A DNA stretch of 64,000 nt, from contig CAWGRW010000009.1 in the NCBI GenBank assembly GCA_963825135.1, positions 1,216,001 through 1,280,000 of the forward strand, in the 5' to 3' direction. The notes beneath the pieces are model-generated. The model was not told the DNA's origin. It did no database searches and saw only the letters and a program-made list of their open reading frames with translations. Shown piece by piece: positions 32,609 through 42,108 of the stretch; position 1 is the stretch's first letter, and each line of letters begins with the position of its first letter. The translations under genes were made by a program, and so were the position numbers. The DNA is from an uncultured bacterium (lineage in GTDB: Bacteria; Desulfobacterota_D; UBA1144; Nemesobacterales; UBA2774).

Positions 32609-33193
32609 CTACGCGGGTTTTTGTCTCCGGGCGATAGAAATAAAATTCCTGAGGATGTCCTTACCGTATTTCGTAAGTATGGATTCGGGGTGGAACTGGA
32701 CTCCCTCCATGGGGAGCTCTTTATGCCGGATACCCATAATCTCTCCCTCGTCGGTCCACGCGGATATCTCGAAGCAGTCGGGCAGCGTCTCTCTGTCGAC
32801 CAGTAACGAATGGTACCTGGTTGCCTCAAATGGGTCGGGGATACCTTTGAATATCCCCTTTCCGTCATGGTGTATCTGCGAGGTTTTTCCGTGGAGGAGC
32901 CTCCCCGCCCTCACTATGTCGGCGCCGTAGGCATAGGCCATCGACTGGTGACCGAGGCAGACCCCGAGTATAGGCGTGCGCCCGGCGAATTCCTTAATGA
33001 CGTCGACCGAGACGCCGGCTTCTTTCGGGGTGCACGGGCCCGGGGATACTACAATCATATCCGGGTTGAGCTTGCCCGCGTCCTCGAGCGTGATTTTGTC
33101 GTTCCTGCGGACGACGACCTCCTCGCCCAGCTCGGAGAGGTAATGGACGAGGTTATATGTGAAGGAGTCGTAATTATCTATCATTAATATCAT
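32609..33193 (-). CDS. trpG: Anthranilate synthase component II / glutamine amidotransferase
   Basis: [18 protein letters not shown] and GVQFHPES motifs. Confidence 0.92.
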   Translation of the reverse strand: MILMIDNYDSFTYNLVHYLSELGEEVVVRRNDKITLEDAGKLNPDMIVVSPGPCTPKEAGVSVDVIKEFAGRTPILGVCLGHQSMAYAYGADIVRAGRLLHGKTSQIHHDGKGIFKGIPDPFEATRYHSLLVDRETLPDCFEISAWTDEGEIMGIRHKELPMEGVQFHPESILTKYGKDILRNFISIARRQKPA

Positions 33194-33237
33194 GCTTACA
33201 CCCGATCTTCGATTCAGCCGCTACTGCACTCAGGTAA

Positions 33238-34713
33238 TCAGAGTCCCGACTTTGCGACCTCTATGGCCCTCACGAGGGCTTTCACCTTATTTACCGTCTC
33301 CTGGTATTCCCGCTCGGGGTCGGAATCCGCGACTATTCCCGCTCCCGCCTGTATAAAGATCTCTCCGTCCTTGATTACGAACGTCCGTATCGTTATGCAG
33401 GTGTCCATGTTGCCCGAGAAGCTGAAATACCCGACGGCCCCTCCGTACGCCCCCCTCCTGCTCGGCTCCATTTCCTCTATAATCTCCATTGCCCTCACCT
33501 TCGGTGCGCCCGAAAGCGTTCCGGCGGGAAATGTCGCTTTGACCACGTCGAAGGCGTCCTTGTCGGGCCTGAGCCTGGAAACGACATTAGACACAATATG
33601 CATGACATGCGAATACTTCTCCACCACCATCAGCTCGTCTACCTTTACCGAGCCCGTCTCGGATACCCTTCCGAGGTCGTTTCTCGCGAGATCGACGAGC
33701 ATTATGTGCTCCGCGCACTCCTTGGGGTCCGATAGGAGCTCCTTTTCCAGCTCCTGGTCCTCGCTCTCGGTCTTTCCCCTGGGTTTCGTCCCGGCAATCG
33801 GGCGGCTTTCCACCTCTCCGTCCTCCACCCTCACCATCACCTCGGGCGAAGAACCGACCAGGGTTTCCGTATCCGTCTTAAGGTAGAACATATACGGCGA
33901 CGGGTTCAGCACCCTGAGCGCCCTGTAGAGGTCAAAGGGATCGACGTCCAGCTCCGTTTTCCACCTCTGGGATATGACCGCCTGAATTATATCCCCCGCC
34001 GTGATGTATTCCTTTGTTTTCTTCACCGCTTCCCTGTAATCCCCGGGTTTGAAATTAGATACGAGTTTCGGCTCTCCGTTCTTCCCCGCGCGCTCCTTAT
34101 TATAGAAGCTCAGCGGTTTTCTAAGCTTCTTTATTATATCTTCTATCTTCTCCACGGCCCCGTTGTAGGCGTCCTCGGCCTTCTCCGGGCTGGAGACGTA
34201 GGCGTTGTAAATTATCTTGATCTTATGGCTGACGTTGTCGAAAACGAGCACGGAGTCGGTAATCATGTAGAGCGAGTCCCAGAGCCCTAACTCGTCCTTT
34301 TTCAAATCGGGAAGGTCTTCCACGAACCTCACTATGTCATAGCTGAAATAGCCCACGGCTCCCCCGTGAAACCTCGGAAGCTCATCCGTATGCACCGGTT
34401 TATACCTGGACATGAGGTCCCTCAGGCAGTCGATAGGGTTCCCCTTTACCTTTTTCGATTTGCCGTCCTCAATGATCTCGATATCCTGACCCTTCGACCT
34501 GAATATAATGGACGGCTCAGTCCCCAGGAAGCTGTATCTGCCCCATTTCTCGCCCCCCTCCACGCTTTCGAGGAGGAACGCATAGTCCCCTGATTCGATC
34601 TTCCTGAATGCAGAGACGGGCGTGTCGAAATCGGCCAGAACCTCTTTCCACACGGGTATGAGGTTGCCCTTTTTTAATTTCTTTCTGAATTCGTCGAGAG
34701 ACGGAAAAATCAT
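33238..34713 (-). CDS. trpE: Anthranilate synthase component I
   Basis: FLLESVEGGEKWGRYS, NPSPYM, PIAGT, EHIMLVDLARND and FPAGTLSGAPK motifs. Confidence 0.93.
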   Translation of the reverse strand: MIFPSLDEFRKKLKKGNLIPVWKEVLADFDTPVSAFRKIESGDYAFLLESVEGGEKWGRYSFLGTEPSIIFRSKGQDIEIIEDGKSKKVKGNPIDCLRDLMSRYKPVHTDELPRFHGGAVGYFSYDIVRFVEDLPDLKKDELGLWDSLYMITDSVLVFDNVSHKIKIIYNAYVSSPEKAEDAYNGAVEKIEDIIKKLRKPLSFYNKERAGKNGEPKLVSNFKPGDYREAVKKTKEYITAGDIIQAVISQRWKTELDVDPFDLYRALRVLNPSPYMFYLKTDTETLVGSSPEVMVRVEDGEVESRPIAGTKPRGKTESEDQELEKELLSDPKECAEHIMLVDLARNDLGRVSETGSVKVDELMVVEKYSHVMHIVSNVVSRLRPDKDAFDVVKATFPAGTLSGAPKVRAMEIIEEMEPSRRGAYGGAVGYFSFSGNMDTCITIRTFVIKDGEIFIQAGAGIVADSDPEREYQETVNKVKALVRAIEVAKSGL

Positions 34714-34721
34714 GGGAACAA

Positions 34722-34749
34722 AGAATAAAAGCCGCAGTATCAATGTCAA
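34722..34749 (-). promoter_or_regulatory. Sigma70 promoter of trpE, near-leaderless
   Basis: Minus strand TTGACA-16-TATTCT-8 nt-ATG 34713. Confidence 0.55.
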
Positions 34750-34895
34750 GCCGCACCTTTAAATGCTCTCTCTTTGTTGTATCATCTATCACTTATTTTT
34801 TTTAGAGCGCGAAGGAAACCAAAATTAAGGTTAATGCGTTATCATTAATTGCTTTCGCGTATCATAGTTAATTCAAAGGATCGGAGGTTCGCGTT

Positions 34896-36263
34896 ATGGC
34901 TTTCATAAACCCCCAGATATTCAGGGAATACGATATAAGAGGGATCGTCGATAAGGACCTCAATGAGGATGTGCTCGAAAGGATAGGCAGGGCGTACGGG
35001 ACGTATATAAAAGAGTTCGGAGCGGGAGTCGTTTCGATAGGCAGGGACTGCAGGCTTAGCTCGCCCGCTTATTCGAAAGCCATGACGAGGGGCATCAATT
35101 CTACAGGCGTCGACGTAATCGATATAGGCATGGTCTCGACCCCGATGCTCTACTTCTCTCTTTACAACCTGGACGTCGGGGGAGGCGTCATGATTACCGC
35201 GAGCCATAACCCGGGTGAGTATAACGGTATAAAACTCTGCCGCGGCAGGGATTCCGTATTCGGTGCGCAGATACAGAAGATAAGGGAGATGGCCGAAGCC
35301 GGGGAATTCGCATCGGGAAAAGGATCTTCGACGGAGGCCGATCTAGAGGAGCGGTACGTGAGTTTCCTCAGAGAGAACATAGACATCAGGCCCGGTCTCA
35401 GGGCCGTCGTCGATTACGGGAACGGAATGGTGGGCGCAATCGGCCCACGCGTGTTCAGGGAATTCGGCTGCGACGTCAGGGAGCTCTACGTGACGCCTGA
35501 CGGGACGTTCCCCAATCACCACCCGGACCCGACCGTGGAGGAGAACCTCGCTCAATTGATCGAAACCCTTAAGAGCGGCAAGTACGAGCTCGGCATCGGT
35601 TTCGACGGGGACGGGGACAGGATCGGGGTAGTCGACGAAAAGGGCAATATCGTATGGGGGGACATGCTTGTGCTCGTCTTCGCCAGGGACGTCATCTCCG
35701 GAAAGCCGGGCGCCAAGATCATAGGCGACGTAAAGTGCTCGAACCGCCTCTTTGAGGGCATTACGGATGCAGGGGGAGAAGCGATAATGTGGAAGACGGG
35801 GCATTCCCTTATCAAAGACAAGATGAAGGCCGAAAATGCGTCCCTCGCGGGCGAGATGAGCGGGCACATCTTTTTCGCGGATAAATTCTTCGGATACGAC
35901 GACGCGCTCTATGCATCCCTTCGCATACTCGAAATTATATCCAGGACCGGGAAGAGCATGTCTCAATTACTGGAAGGAATACCGCCCGCGATCTCCACGC
36001 CAGAGATCCGGGTGGATTGCCCCGAGGAGATCAAATTCCGGGTCGTGGAGATGGTGAAAGCGGAGCTCGGAAAGGCCTGCAGGATTATCGATATAGACGG
36101 CGTGAGGATTGAATTTCCCGACGGATGGGGTCTGATCCGGGCCTCAAACACGCAGCCGGCGCTGGTACTGAGGTTCGAGGCTCGTAGCGAGGAGAGGCTT
36201 CGGGAGATAAGGGCGCTCATAGAGAGCGAACTGAATTCGGCTATGATTAAATTGTCCGCTTAA
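34896..36263 (+). CDS. Phosphomannomutase/phosphoglucomutase (AlgC-like)
   Basis: FREYDIRG, ITASHNP, FDGDGDR, GEMSGH and RASNT motifs. Confidence 0.93.
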   Translation: MAFINPQIFREYDIRGIVDKDLNEDVLERIGRAYGTYIKEFGAGVVSIGRDCRLSSPAYSKAMTRGINSTGVDVIDIGMVSTPMLYFSLYNLDVGGGVMITASHNPGEYNGIKLCRGRDSVFGAQIQKIREMAEAGEFASGKGSSTEADLEERYVSFLRENIDIRPGLRAVVDYGNGMVGAIGPRVFREFGCDVRELYVTPDGTFPNHHPDPTVEENLAQLIETLKSGKYELGIGFDGDGDRIGVVDEKGNIVWGDMLVLVFARDVISGKPGAKIIGDVKCSNRLFEGITDAGGEAIMWKTGHSLIKDKMKAENASLAGEMSGHIFFADKFFGYDDALYASLRILEIISRTGKSMSQLLEGIPPAISTPEIRVDCPEEIKFRVVEMVKAELGKACRIIDIDGVRIEFPDGWGLIRASNTQPALVLRFEARSEERLREIRALIESELNSAMIKLSA

Positions 36264-36272
36264 TACGGGCGA

Positions 36273-36506
36273 CTATATCACGTTCTCTTTGGCGTTACCG
36301 GCGTTGTTCTCGTGGCTCTTGAGTGAAAAGTATATCCGCTCGAACTCGTGCTTGGCTATTATGCCTTTTTCGAAAAGAGCGCCTACGAGCGTCCATGTAA
36401 AGCTTTTTTCGTCTATTTCGATTCCGCTGTTTCTCAGTATCACCGTTATGGCGTCAACGGATTCTTGAGCCGAGAATTCTCCATACTCCGTCCTGAAGTT
36501 CATCAT
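36273..36506 (-). CDS. Small hypothetical protein
   Basis: 77-aa ORF with strong SD AAGGAGG and an upstream TTGACA; fills the intergenic gap. Confidence 0.6.
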   Translation of the reverse strand: MMNFRTEYGEFSAQESVDAITVILRNSGIEIDEKSFTWTLVGALFEKGIIAKHEFERIYFSLKSHENNAGNAKENVI

Positions 36507-36694
36507 CCGTTCCTCCTTTAAAGACAGTGGAAGCCAACGCCTTCGGTTCCTATTCGTTTATATAACTTATTTGAATCCGTGTCAAGGGTTAATGATAGGG
36601 CCGTATGGGGCAAGGTGGCTGATAATTCTTTAGCGCTCGGGCGTTATGGCGGGGGGTTCGGATCGCCGGCGGTCGCGCGGGCGGCGTTCGGTCG

Positions 36695-37840
36695 TCACTC
36701 CCGGCTTCTTTTGAGCCGCCCTAATTCTCCAAGTATGGATTCCAGGTTCTCCACGCTGATTTCATATTCCTCTGAAATTCGTTTGAGCTCCCTTGCCGGG
36801 AGGTCGGGGTCTTGTGTATGAGCGCCGTTTGCCGTGATCTCGGGCTCCCAGGGGCCTTCCCTTAATGATAGCTGCGCTATATCCCAGCGCGAGTAATGCC
36901 CCAGGGAATCGAATATCGCTTTTACCGCCTTTATCTGGTTCGCATGGCATTCGGCATAGAGTATGGCGTCCTTTTCGAAATTGGGCTCGGCGAGATACCT
37001 CCCGGCCGGGTTGACTATCGAGCTCCCGCCCCGCGCCCAGTCGAAGTTGATATGGTCTCCGTCCCTTATATAGTGCCACCTCTCGGGAAAATCGTCCGAG
37101 TCCAGGTACCCGCAGCCGCTCAGTACGAAGGCCCCCGCCTCAAAGGCGTGCACCTTTATTAAGGACTGAAGATTGCACTGCGCTCCGCCGGGGCTCGTGT
37201 CCGCAACGAGCAGCTGTGTCTCGCCCCTTTTCCAGTTTCCGGGCCATACGGCCACATGGAACTCGACGCCCCTGTGAATCATGGCGGCCCTTATGAGGGT
37301 CATGTGGTTTTCCCAGCATATAAGCCCTCCGATGCGCCCTATATCGGTGTCGAATACCCTTATGTCGGACGCGTCGCCCATGCCCCAGTATATCCTCTCG
37401 GTATACGTGGGCATCGTCTTCCTGTGCCTCCCCATCACCTCGCCGTTCTTGTCTATAAAGAGGAGCGTGTTATATATGGTCTGGCTCCCCGGCCTGTCGT
37501 CGAGCTCGTTACACCCTATCACGACGTAAGCCCCCGCGTCCCTGGCCGCTTCCCCCAGTATCCTCGTATCGTCGCTCGGTATGACGAGCGAATTCTCCTG
37601 GAGCGCGATCATATAGTCGGTCCATTCGTGAGGGGGCGTTTCGTACCCGACCGTGTAGTATGCGGGATAGCCCGGAATGAAGGCCTCGGAGAACGCGATA
37701 ATCTCGGCGTGGTTTCTTCCCGCGTCCCTTATGAGCGCGCACGCCTTTTCTATGGTCTTACCCTTGTCCATGAAAACAGGGGAAGCCTGAACGACCGCGG
37801 CCTTTACCTTCTCTCTCCCGCCGAGAATTGTTTTGCTCAT
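36695..37840 (-). CDS. Nitrilase with C-terminal helical extension
   Basis: E-K-C triad in FSEAF, HRKT and ICWEN; DSLGHYSR. Confidence 0.9.
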   Translation of the reverse strand: MSKTILGGREKVKAAVVQASPVFMDKGKTIEKACALIRDAGRNHAEIIAFSEAFIPGYPAYYTVGYETPPHEWTDYMIALQENSLVIPSDDTRILGEAARDAGAYVVIGCNELDDRPGSQTIYNTLLFIDKNGEVMGRHRKTMPTYTERIYWGMGDASDIRVFDTDIGRIGGLICWENHMTLIRAAMIHRGVEFHVAVWPGNWKRGETQLLVADTSPGGAQCNLQSLIKVHAFEAGAFVLSGCGYLDSDDFPERWHYIRDGDHINFDWARGGSSIVNPAGRYLAEPNFEKDAILYAECHANQIKAVKAIFDSLGHYSRWDIAQLSLREGPWEPEITANGAHTQDPDLPARELKRISEEYEISVENLESILGELGRLKRSRE

Positions 37841-37855
37841 ATTATCCGCTCCCGT

Positions 37856-38248
37856 TTACGGGGTTATAATGGTTCCCCCGGGGCTGCCTTGAGAAGACAT
37901 CTGCTGCTGTGTCTTTACGGCCCTCATCTCTATCAAATCCAGGAGCCTGTTCTTGAACTCCTCGTCGTATGCGCATACGGAAGGAATTATGTATCCTAGG
38001 AGGGCGATCTGGAGGAAATACTCGGTATTGGCTCTCAGGAAATCGTCCTGGAACCTATTTCCGTAAACCTGAGAAAGGTTCATATAAATTGTGGTTCCCA
38101 TATCCTCGACTGCCTCGGTGACGCTCTTTATCCCTCCCGTCTGCTGGTTATACGAAACCCCCAGGTTAAAGGCCATTAATATGGAGTTCGCGATGTTTCC
38201 GAGCTCGTTCTGCTGCCCGCCGACCGGGGGCTGTTCCTGATCTGTCAT
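37856..38248 (-). CDS. Hypothetical protein upstream of nitrilase
   Basis: SD AAGGAGG; 15 nt from the nitrilase start; codon usage like its neighbours. Confidence 0.7.
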   Translation of the reverse strand: MTDQEQPPVGGQQNELGNIANSILMAFNLGVSYNQQTGGIKSVTEAVEDMGTTIYMNLSQVYGNRFQDDFLRANTEYFLQIALLGYIIPSVCAYDEEFKNRLLDLIEMRAVKTQQQMSSQGSPGGTIITP

Positions 38249-38414
38249 CTCTCTACCTCCTTCATTTTCAAAGGCTCTATTCTAACACAGATTGATTTCA
38301 AAACCGAAAGTACTTTCCGGGCCCCGTATAATTTTACGTCCGGTTACGGATTTAGTTGATTTGGAATTTTAAAAGTGTAAAAGTATTTAGAACTGTAAGA
38401 CTGGAGGAATTGCC

Positions 38415-40109
38415 ATGGCGAGTGTGGAAGGAGGACGGCTTGTAGCGAGGACCCTTTACGAGCTGGGCGTCAGGGAGATATTCTCCCTCGGCGGCGGGCA
38501 CATCAATCCGATTTATCACGCGTGCTCCGATGTCGGGATAAGGATAATAGACACCCATCACGAGCAGGGGGCGTCCATGGCCGCCGATGCGTACGGGAGG
38601 GTCAAGAGGAAGCCGGGCGTATGTCTCGTGACGGCGGGTCCGGGGTTTACGAATACGATTACCGGAATAGCGGGCGCTTATCTGGCGAATTCCCCTTTAA
38701 TGGTTATATCGGGCCGTTCCGGCGTGGAGGAGAACGACAGGCTGTCGCTCCAGGAGATAGACCAGCAGGGGATGGCCGCTCCCGTTACCAAGTGGGCGAG
38801 GACGATATACGATACGAAGCGTATCCCCGAATACATAGCGTCTGCGTACAAGAAGGCCCTGACCGGGAGACCGGGGCCAGTTTACCTAGGGATGTCCTAC
38901 GAGGTCCTCTACCCCGAATGCGAGGAAAGCGGGGTTTCGGCTTACAACACCGATATCCCGTTTTATAAGGCAGGCGCGTCGAAAGAGTCGGTCGCGAGGT
39001 TTGCCGAATTGCTGATGCATTCAAAGAAACCGGTCGCCGTCGCGGGGAGCGGCGCCTGGTATTCGGAGGCGGATAAAGAGCTGTCGAGGTTTATTGAGAG
39101 GGCGGGAATGCCCGTGTACACGCTCAACTTCGGGCGCGGCATCATCTCGGACGACCATCCGCTGTGTTTCGGCGCCGCGAGCCCGTCGGCCCCGAACGCG
39201 TTTAAAGAGATCACGCGCGAGGCCGACCTGATACTCCTCCTCGGCGTGAGGCTCGGTATCTACATCGGCTTCGGTAAGACGTTCAACCCCGATGCGAAGA
39301 TAGTCCAGATCGACATCGACCCGGGCGAGATAGGCAGGAACAGGCCGGCCCATCTGGGCATAGCTGGGGATCTCTCGACGGTACTGTCGGAGCTTTCGGA
39401 TTACATGGAGGCGCGCTCTAACGCGCCCGATTACTCGGCCTGGCTGAACAGGGCGGCGGGGCTCAGCCGGGAGAGATGGAAGGAGGCCGAGAAGCTCAGG
39501 ACTTCGTCTAAAACCCCCATACACCCCGTCAGGGTGGCGAAGGCGGTCGAGGAGGTTATTGGGGAAGAAGGCATACTCGTCATAGACGGGGGCGACACAC
39601 AGGCCTGGACGGACGGCAGTTATAGGGTGAGAAGGCCGGGGCATTATGTGAAAGGCGGTCCGCTCGGGTGTATGGGGGTGGGCGTGCCGTTCGCCATAGG
39701 AGCAAAAGTCGCGAGACCCGATAAACAGGTGGCGCTCATCACCGGCGACGGCGCCCTCGGCATGAACTTCATGGAGTTCGAGACCGCGCTCAGGCACGGG
39801 CTGCCCTTCGTCGCCGTCGTGTGCAACGACAGCGCATGGGGGATGACCAGGCATCAGATAGATATAACGTACGGGAAGGGCTCTAAGGCAGAGGGTGTCG
39901 AGCTCGGGTTCATTCCCTTTCACGAGGTGCTGAGGGCCTTAGGCGGGTACGGCGAGCTTATAGACGATCCTCACGAGCTTGAGCCCGCGGTAGGTAGGGC
40001 CTTTTCTTCTGGCGTCCCCGCCATCATAAACGTCGTCACCGATCCCGAAGCGGTGAGCGGAGCGACATACGCTATAACCGAGATGATGATGTCCGCGAAA
40101 AATAAGTGA
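38415..40109 (+). CDS. ThDP-dependent enzyme (IlvB-like / 2-hydroxyacyl-CoA lyase family)
   Basis: HHEQGASMAADAY, TAGPGFTN, GPLGCMGVG and GDGA...ND ThDP-binding motif; no ilvN/ilvC adjacent. Confidence 0.85.
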   Translation: MASVEGGRLVARTLYELGVREIFSLGGGHINPIYHACSDVGIRIIDTHHEQGASMAADAYGRVKRKPGVCLVTAGPGFTNTITGIAGAYLANSPLMVISGRSGVEENDRLSLQEIDQQGMAAPVTKWARTIYDTKRIPEYIASAYKKALTGRPGPVYLGMSYEVLYPECEESGVSAYNTDIPFYKAGASKESVARFAELLMHSKKPVAVAGSGAWYSEADKELSRFIERAGMPVYTLNFGRGIISDDHPLCFGAASPSAPNAFKEITREADLILLLGVRLGIYIGFGKTFNPDAKIVQIDIDPGEIGRNRPAHLGIAGDLSTVLSELSDYMEARSNAPDYSAWLNRAAGLSRERWKEAEKLRTSSKTPIHPVRVAKAVEEVIGEEGILVIDGGDTQAWTDGSYRVRRPGHYVKGGPLGCMGVGVPFAIGAKVARPDKQVALITGDGALGMNFMEFETALRHGLPFVAVVCNDSAWGMTRHQIDITYGKGSKAEGVELGFIPFHEVLRALGGYGELIDDPHELEPAVGRAFSSGVPAIINVVTDPEAVSGATYAITEMMMSAKNK

Positions 40110-40144
40110 AACTCGACTCCGTGTGACGATCTGGAAGGTGTTTT

Positions 40145-41938
40145 CTAAGTCTTCAGCACGGCAAGGAACGCTTCCTGGGGTATTTCGATCTTGCCTATTT
40201 GTTTTAAGCGCTTTTTGCCTTTCTTCTGTTTTTCGAGGAGCTTTCTTTTCCTCGTTACGTCACCGCCGTAGCATTTGGCTGTCACGTCCTTTCTCAACGC
40301 CTTGACCGACTCGCGCGCTATTATCCTGTTCCCTATGGCCGCCTGGATCACTACTTCATAGAGTTGTCTGGGGATGAGCGACCGGAGCTTCGCTATAAGG
40401 TCTCTCGCTCTTTCATTCACCTTTTCCTTGTGCACTATAATCGACAGCGCGTCGACGGCGTCGCCGTTCACCAGAACGTCCAGTTTTATAAGGTCCGATT
40501 CCTTATACCCCGCCGGCTCGTAGTCCATCGAGGCGTATCCCTTCGAAACGGATTTCAGTTTGTCGTAGAAGTCGAACACTATCTCCGAGAGCGGCATCTC
40601 GTATTCCACTATGACCCTGTCCTGGGTTACGTATCTTATATCGCGCTGGATGCCCCGTTTTTTTATGCACAGGTCGAAAATCGCCCCCAGATATTTACCG
40701 GGCGTATGCAGAGAGACCAGGACGTAGGGCTCTTCGACCATCTCCAGCCTGTCGGGGGTAGGGAGCTCGCTCGGATTATCGACGTAAAATACCTCTCTCT
40801 TTTTATCGGTAGCCCTGTATATCACTGTCGGCGCGGTCGTTATAAGCTCGAGCTCGAACTCCCGCTCGAGTCTCTCCTTTACAATCTCCATGTGAAGGAG
40901 TCCCAGGAACCCGCAGCGGAAACCGAAACCCAGGGCTATCGACGTTTCCGGTTCGTATACCAGGGACGAATCGTTTAGCCCCAATTTCTCAAGCGCTTCC
41001 CTGAGCCTGTCGTAGTCGCTGGGTTCTATCGGATAAAGACCGCTGAATACCATGGGTTTCATGACGCGGAATCCGGCCAGAGGTCTCTTGGTCGGGTTCG
41101 AGTCGCTCGTAATCGTATCCCCTACCTTAGCCTCGCTTATGTCTTTTATTGATGCCGATACGAAACCCACCTCTCCGGTCGTGAGCTCATCCACTTCTAT
41201 CGCCCGCGGCGAGAAGACGCCGATTTTTTTTATCTCGAACGGTTTGCCGGTGGACACGAACCTGATCCGCTCGCCGAGCTTGATCTTCCCCTCGAATACC
41301 CTTATCAGCATTACGACGCCCTGGTAGGAGTCGAACCAGCTGTCGAAGATCAGGGCGTTTAGGGGCAGATGCGAATTGTCGGGGGGCGGGGGGACGTTCT
41401 TCACGATCGATTCGAGAATCTCTTTCGTGCCGATCCCCTCCTTTGCGCTCGCGAGAATCGCTTCTTCGGCGCTTATGCCGATTACTTCCTCGATCTCCGT
41501 CTTCACCCTCTCCGGGTCCGCCGCCGGCAGGTCTATCTTGTTTATTACGGGTATGAGCTCCAGCCCCGAATCGGAAGCCAGGTACGCGTTCGCCACCGTC
41601 TGGGCCTCGACTCCCTGCGAGGCGTCGACTACGAGAAGCGCCCCTTCGCAGGCCATCAGACTCCTCGAGACCTCGTAGCTGAAATCCACGTGCCCCGGTG
41701 TATCTATGAGGTTAAACTCGTATCTGATCCCGTCGTCGGCGTTGTAATGAATCCTCACGGCCTGGGCTTTGATGGTTATGCCCCTTTCCTTCTCGATCTC
41801 CATGTTGTCGAGAAACTGCTCCGTCCTGTCCCTTTCGCTCAGGGTCCCGGTGAATTCAAGCAGCCTGTCCGCAAGCGTAGACTTGCCGTGGTCCACGTGC
41901 GCTATGATAGAAAAATTCCTTATATATTTGGATTCCAT
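40145..41938 (-). CDS. lepA: Elongation factor 4
   Basis: [31 protein letters not shown] and [14 protein letters not shown] motifs. Confidence 0.97.
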   Translation of the reverse strand: MESKYIRNFSIIAHVDHGKSTLADRLLEFTGTLSERDRTEQFLDNMEIEKERGITIKAQAVRIHYNADDGIRYEFNLIDTPGHVDFSYEVSRSLMACEGALLVVDASQGVEAQTVANAYLASDSGLELIPVINKIDLPAADPERVKTEIEEVIGISAEEAILASAKEGIGTKEILESIVKNVPPPPDNSHLPLNALIFDSWFDSYQGVVMLIRVFEGKIKLGERIRFVSTGKPFEIKKIGVFSPRAIEVDELTTGEVGFVSASIKDISEAKVGDTITSDSNPTKRPLAGFRVMKPMVFSGLYPIEPSDYDRLREALEKLGLNDSSLVYEPETSIALGFGFRCGFLGLLHMEIVKERLEREFELELITTAPTVIYRATDKKREVFYVDNPSELPTPDRLEMVEEPYVLVSLHTPGKYLGAIFDLCIKKRGIQRDIRYVTQDRVIVEYEMPLSEIVFDFYDKLKSVSKGYASMDYEPAGYKESDLIKLDVLVNGDAVDALSIIVHKEKVNERARDLIAKLRSLIPRQLYEVVIQAAIGNRIIARESVKALRKDVTAKCYGGDVTRKRKLLEKQKKGKKRLKQIGKIEIPQEAFLAVLKT

Positions 41939-42108
41939 ATGATTGTGCTGAAATATAGCCCGAGATCGCGGGAAAGAACGTAGTATATAGGAAAAGCGAT
42001 TATATTCAACCTGGACCCGGAATTCGCGGCCGAAGCGGGATTGTCGTATTTGGCTGCGGAAGCTGCCGGTAAAATTAAATTTTTTACAGTGATGCCGTTA
42101 AGTTGTCG

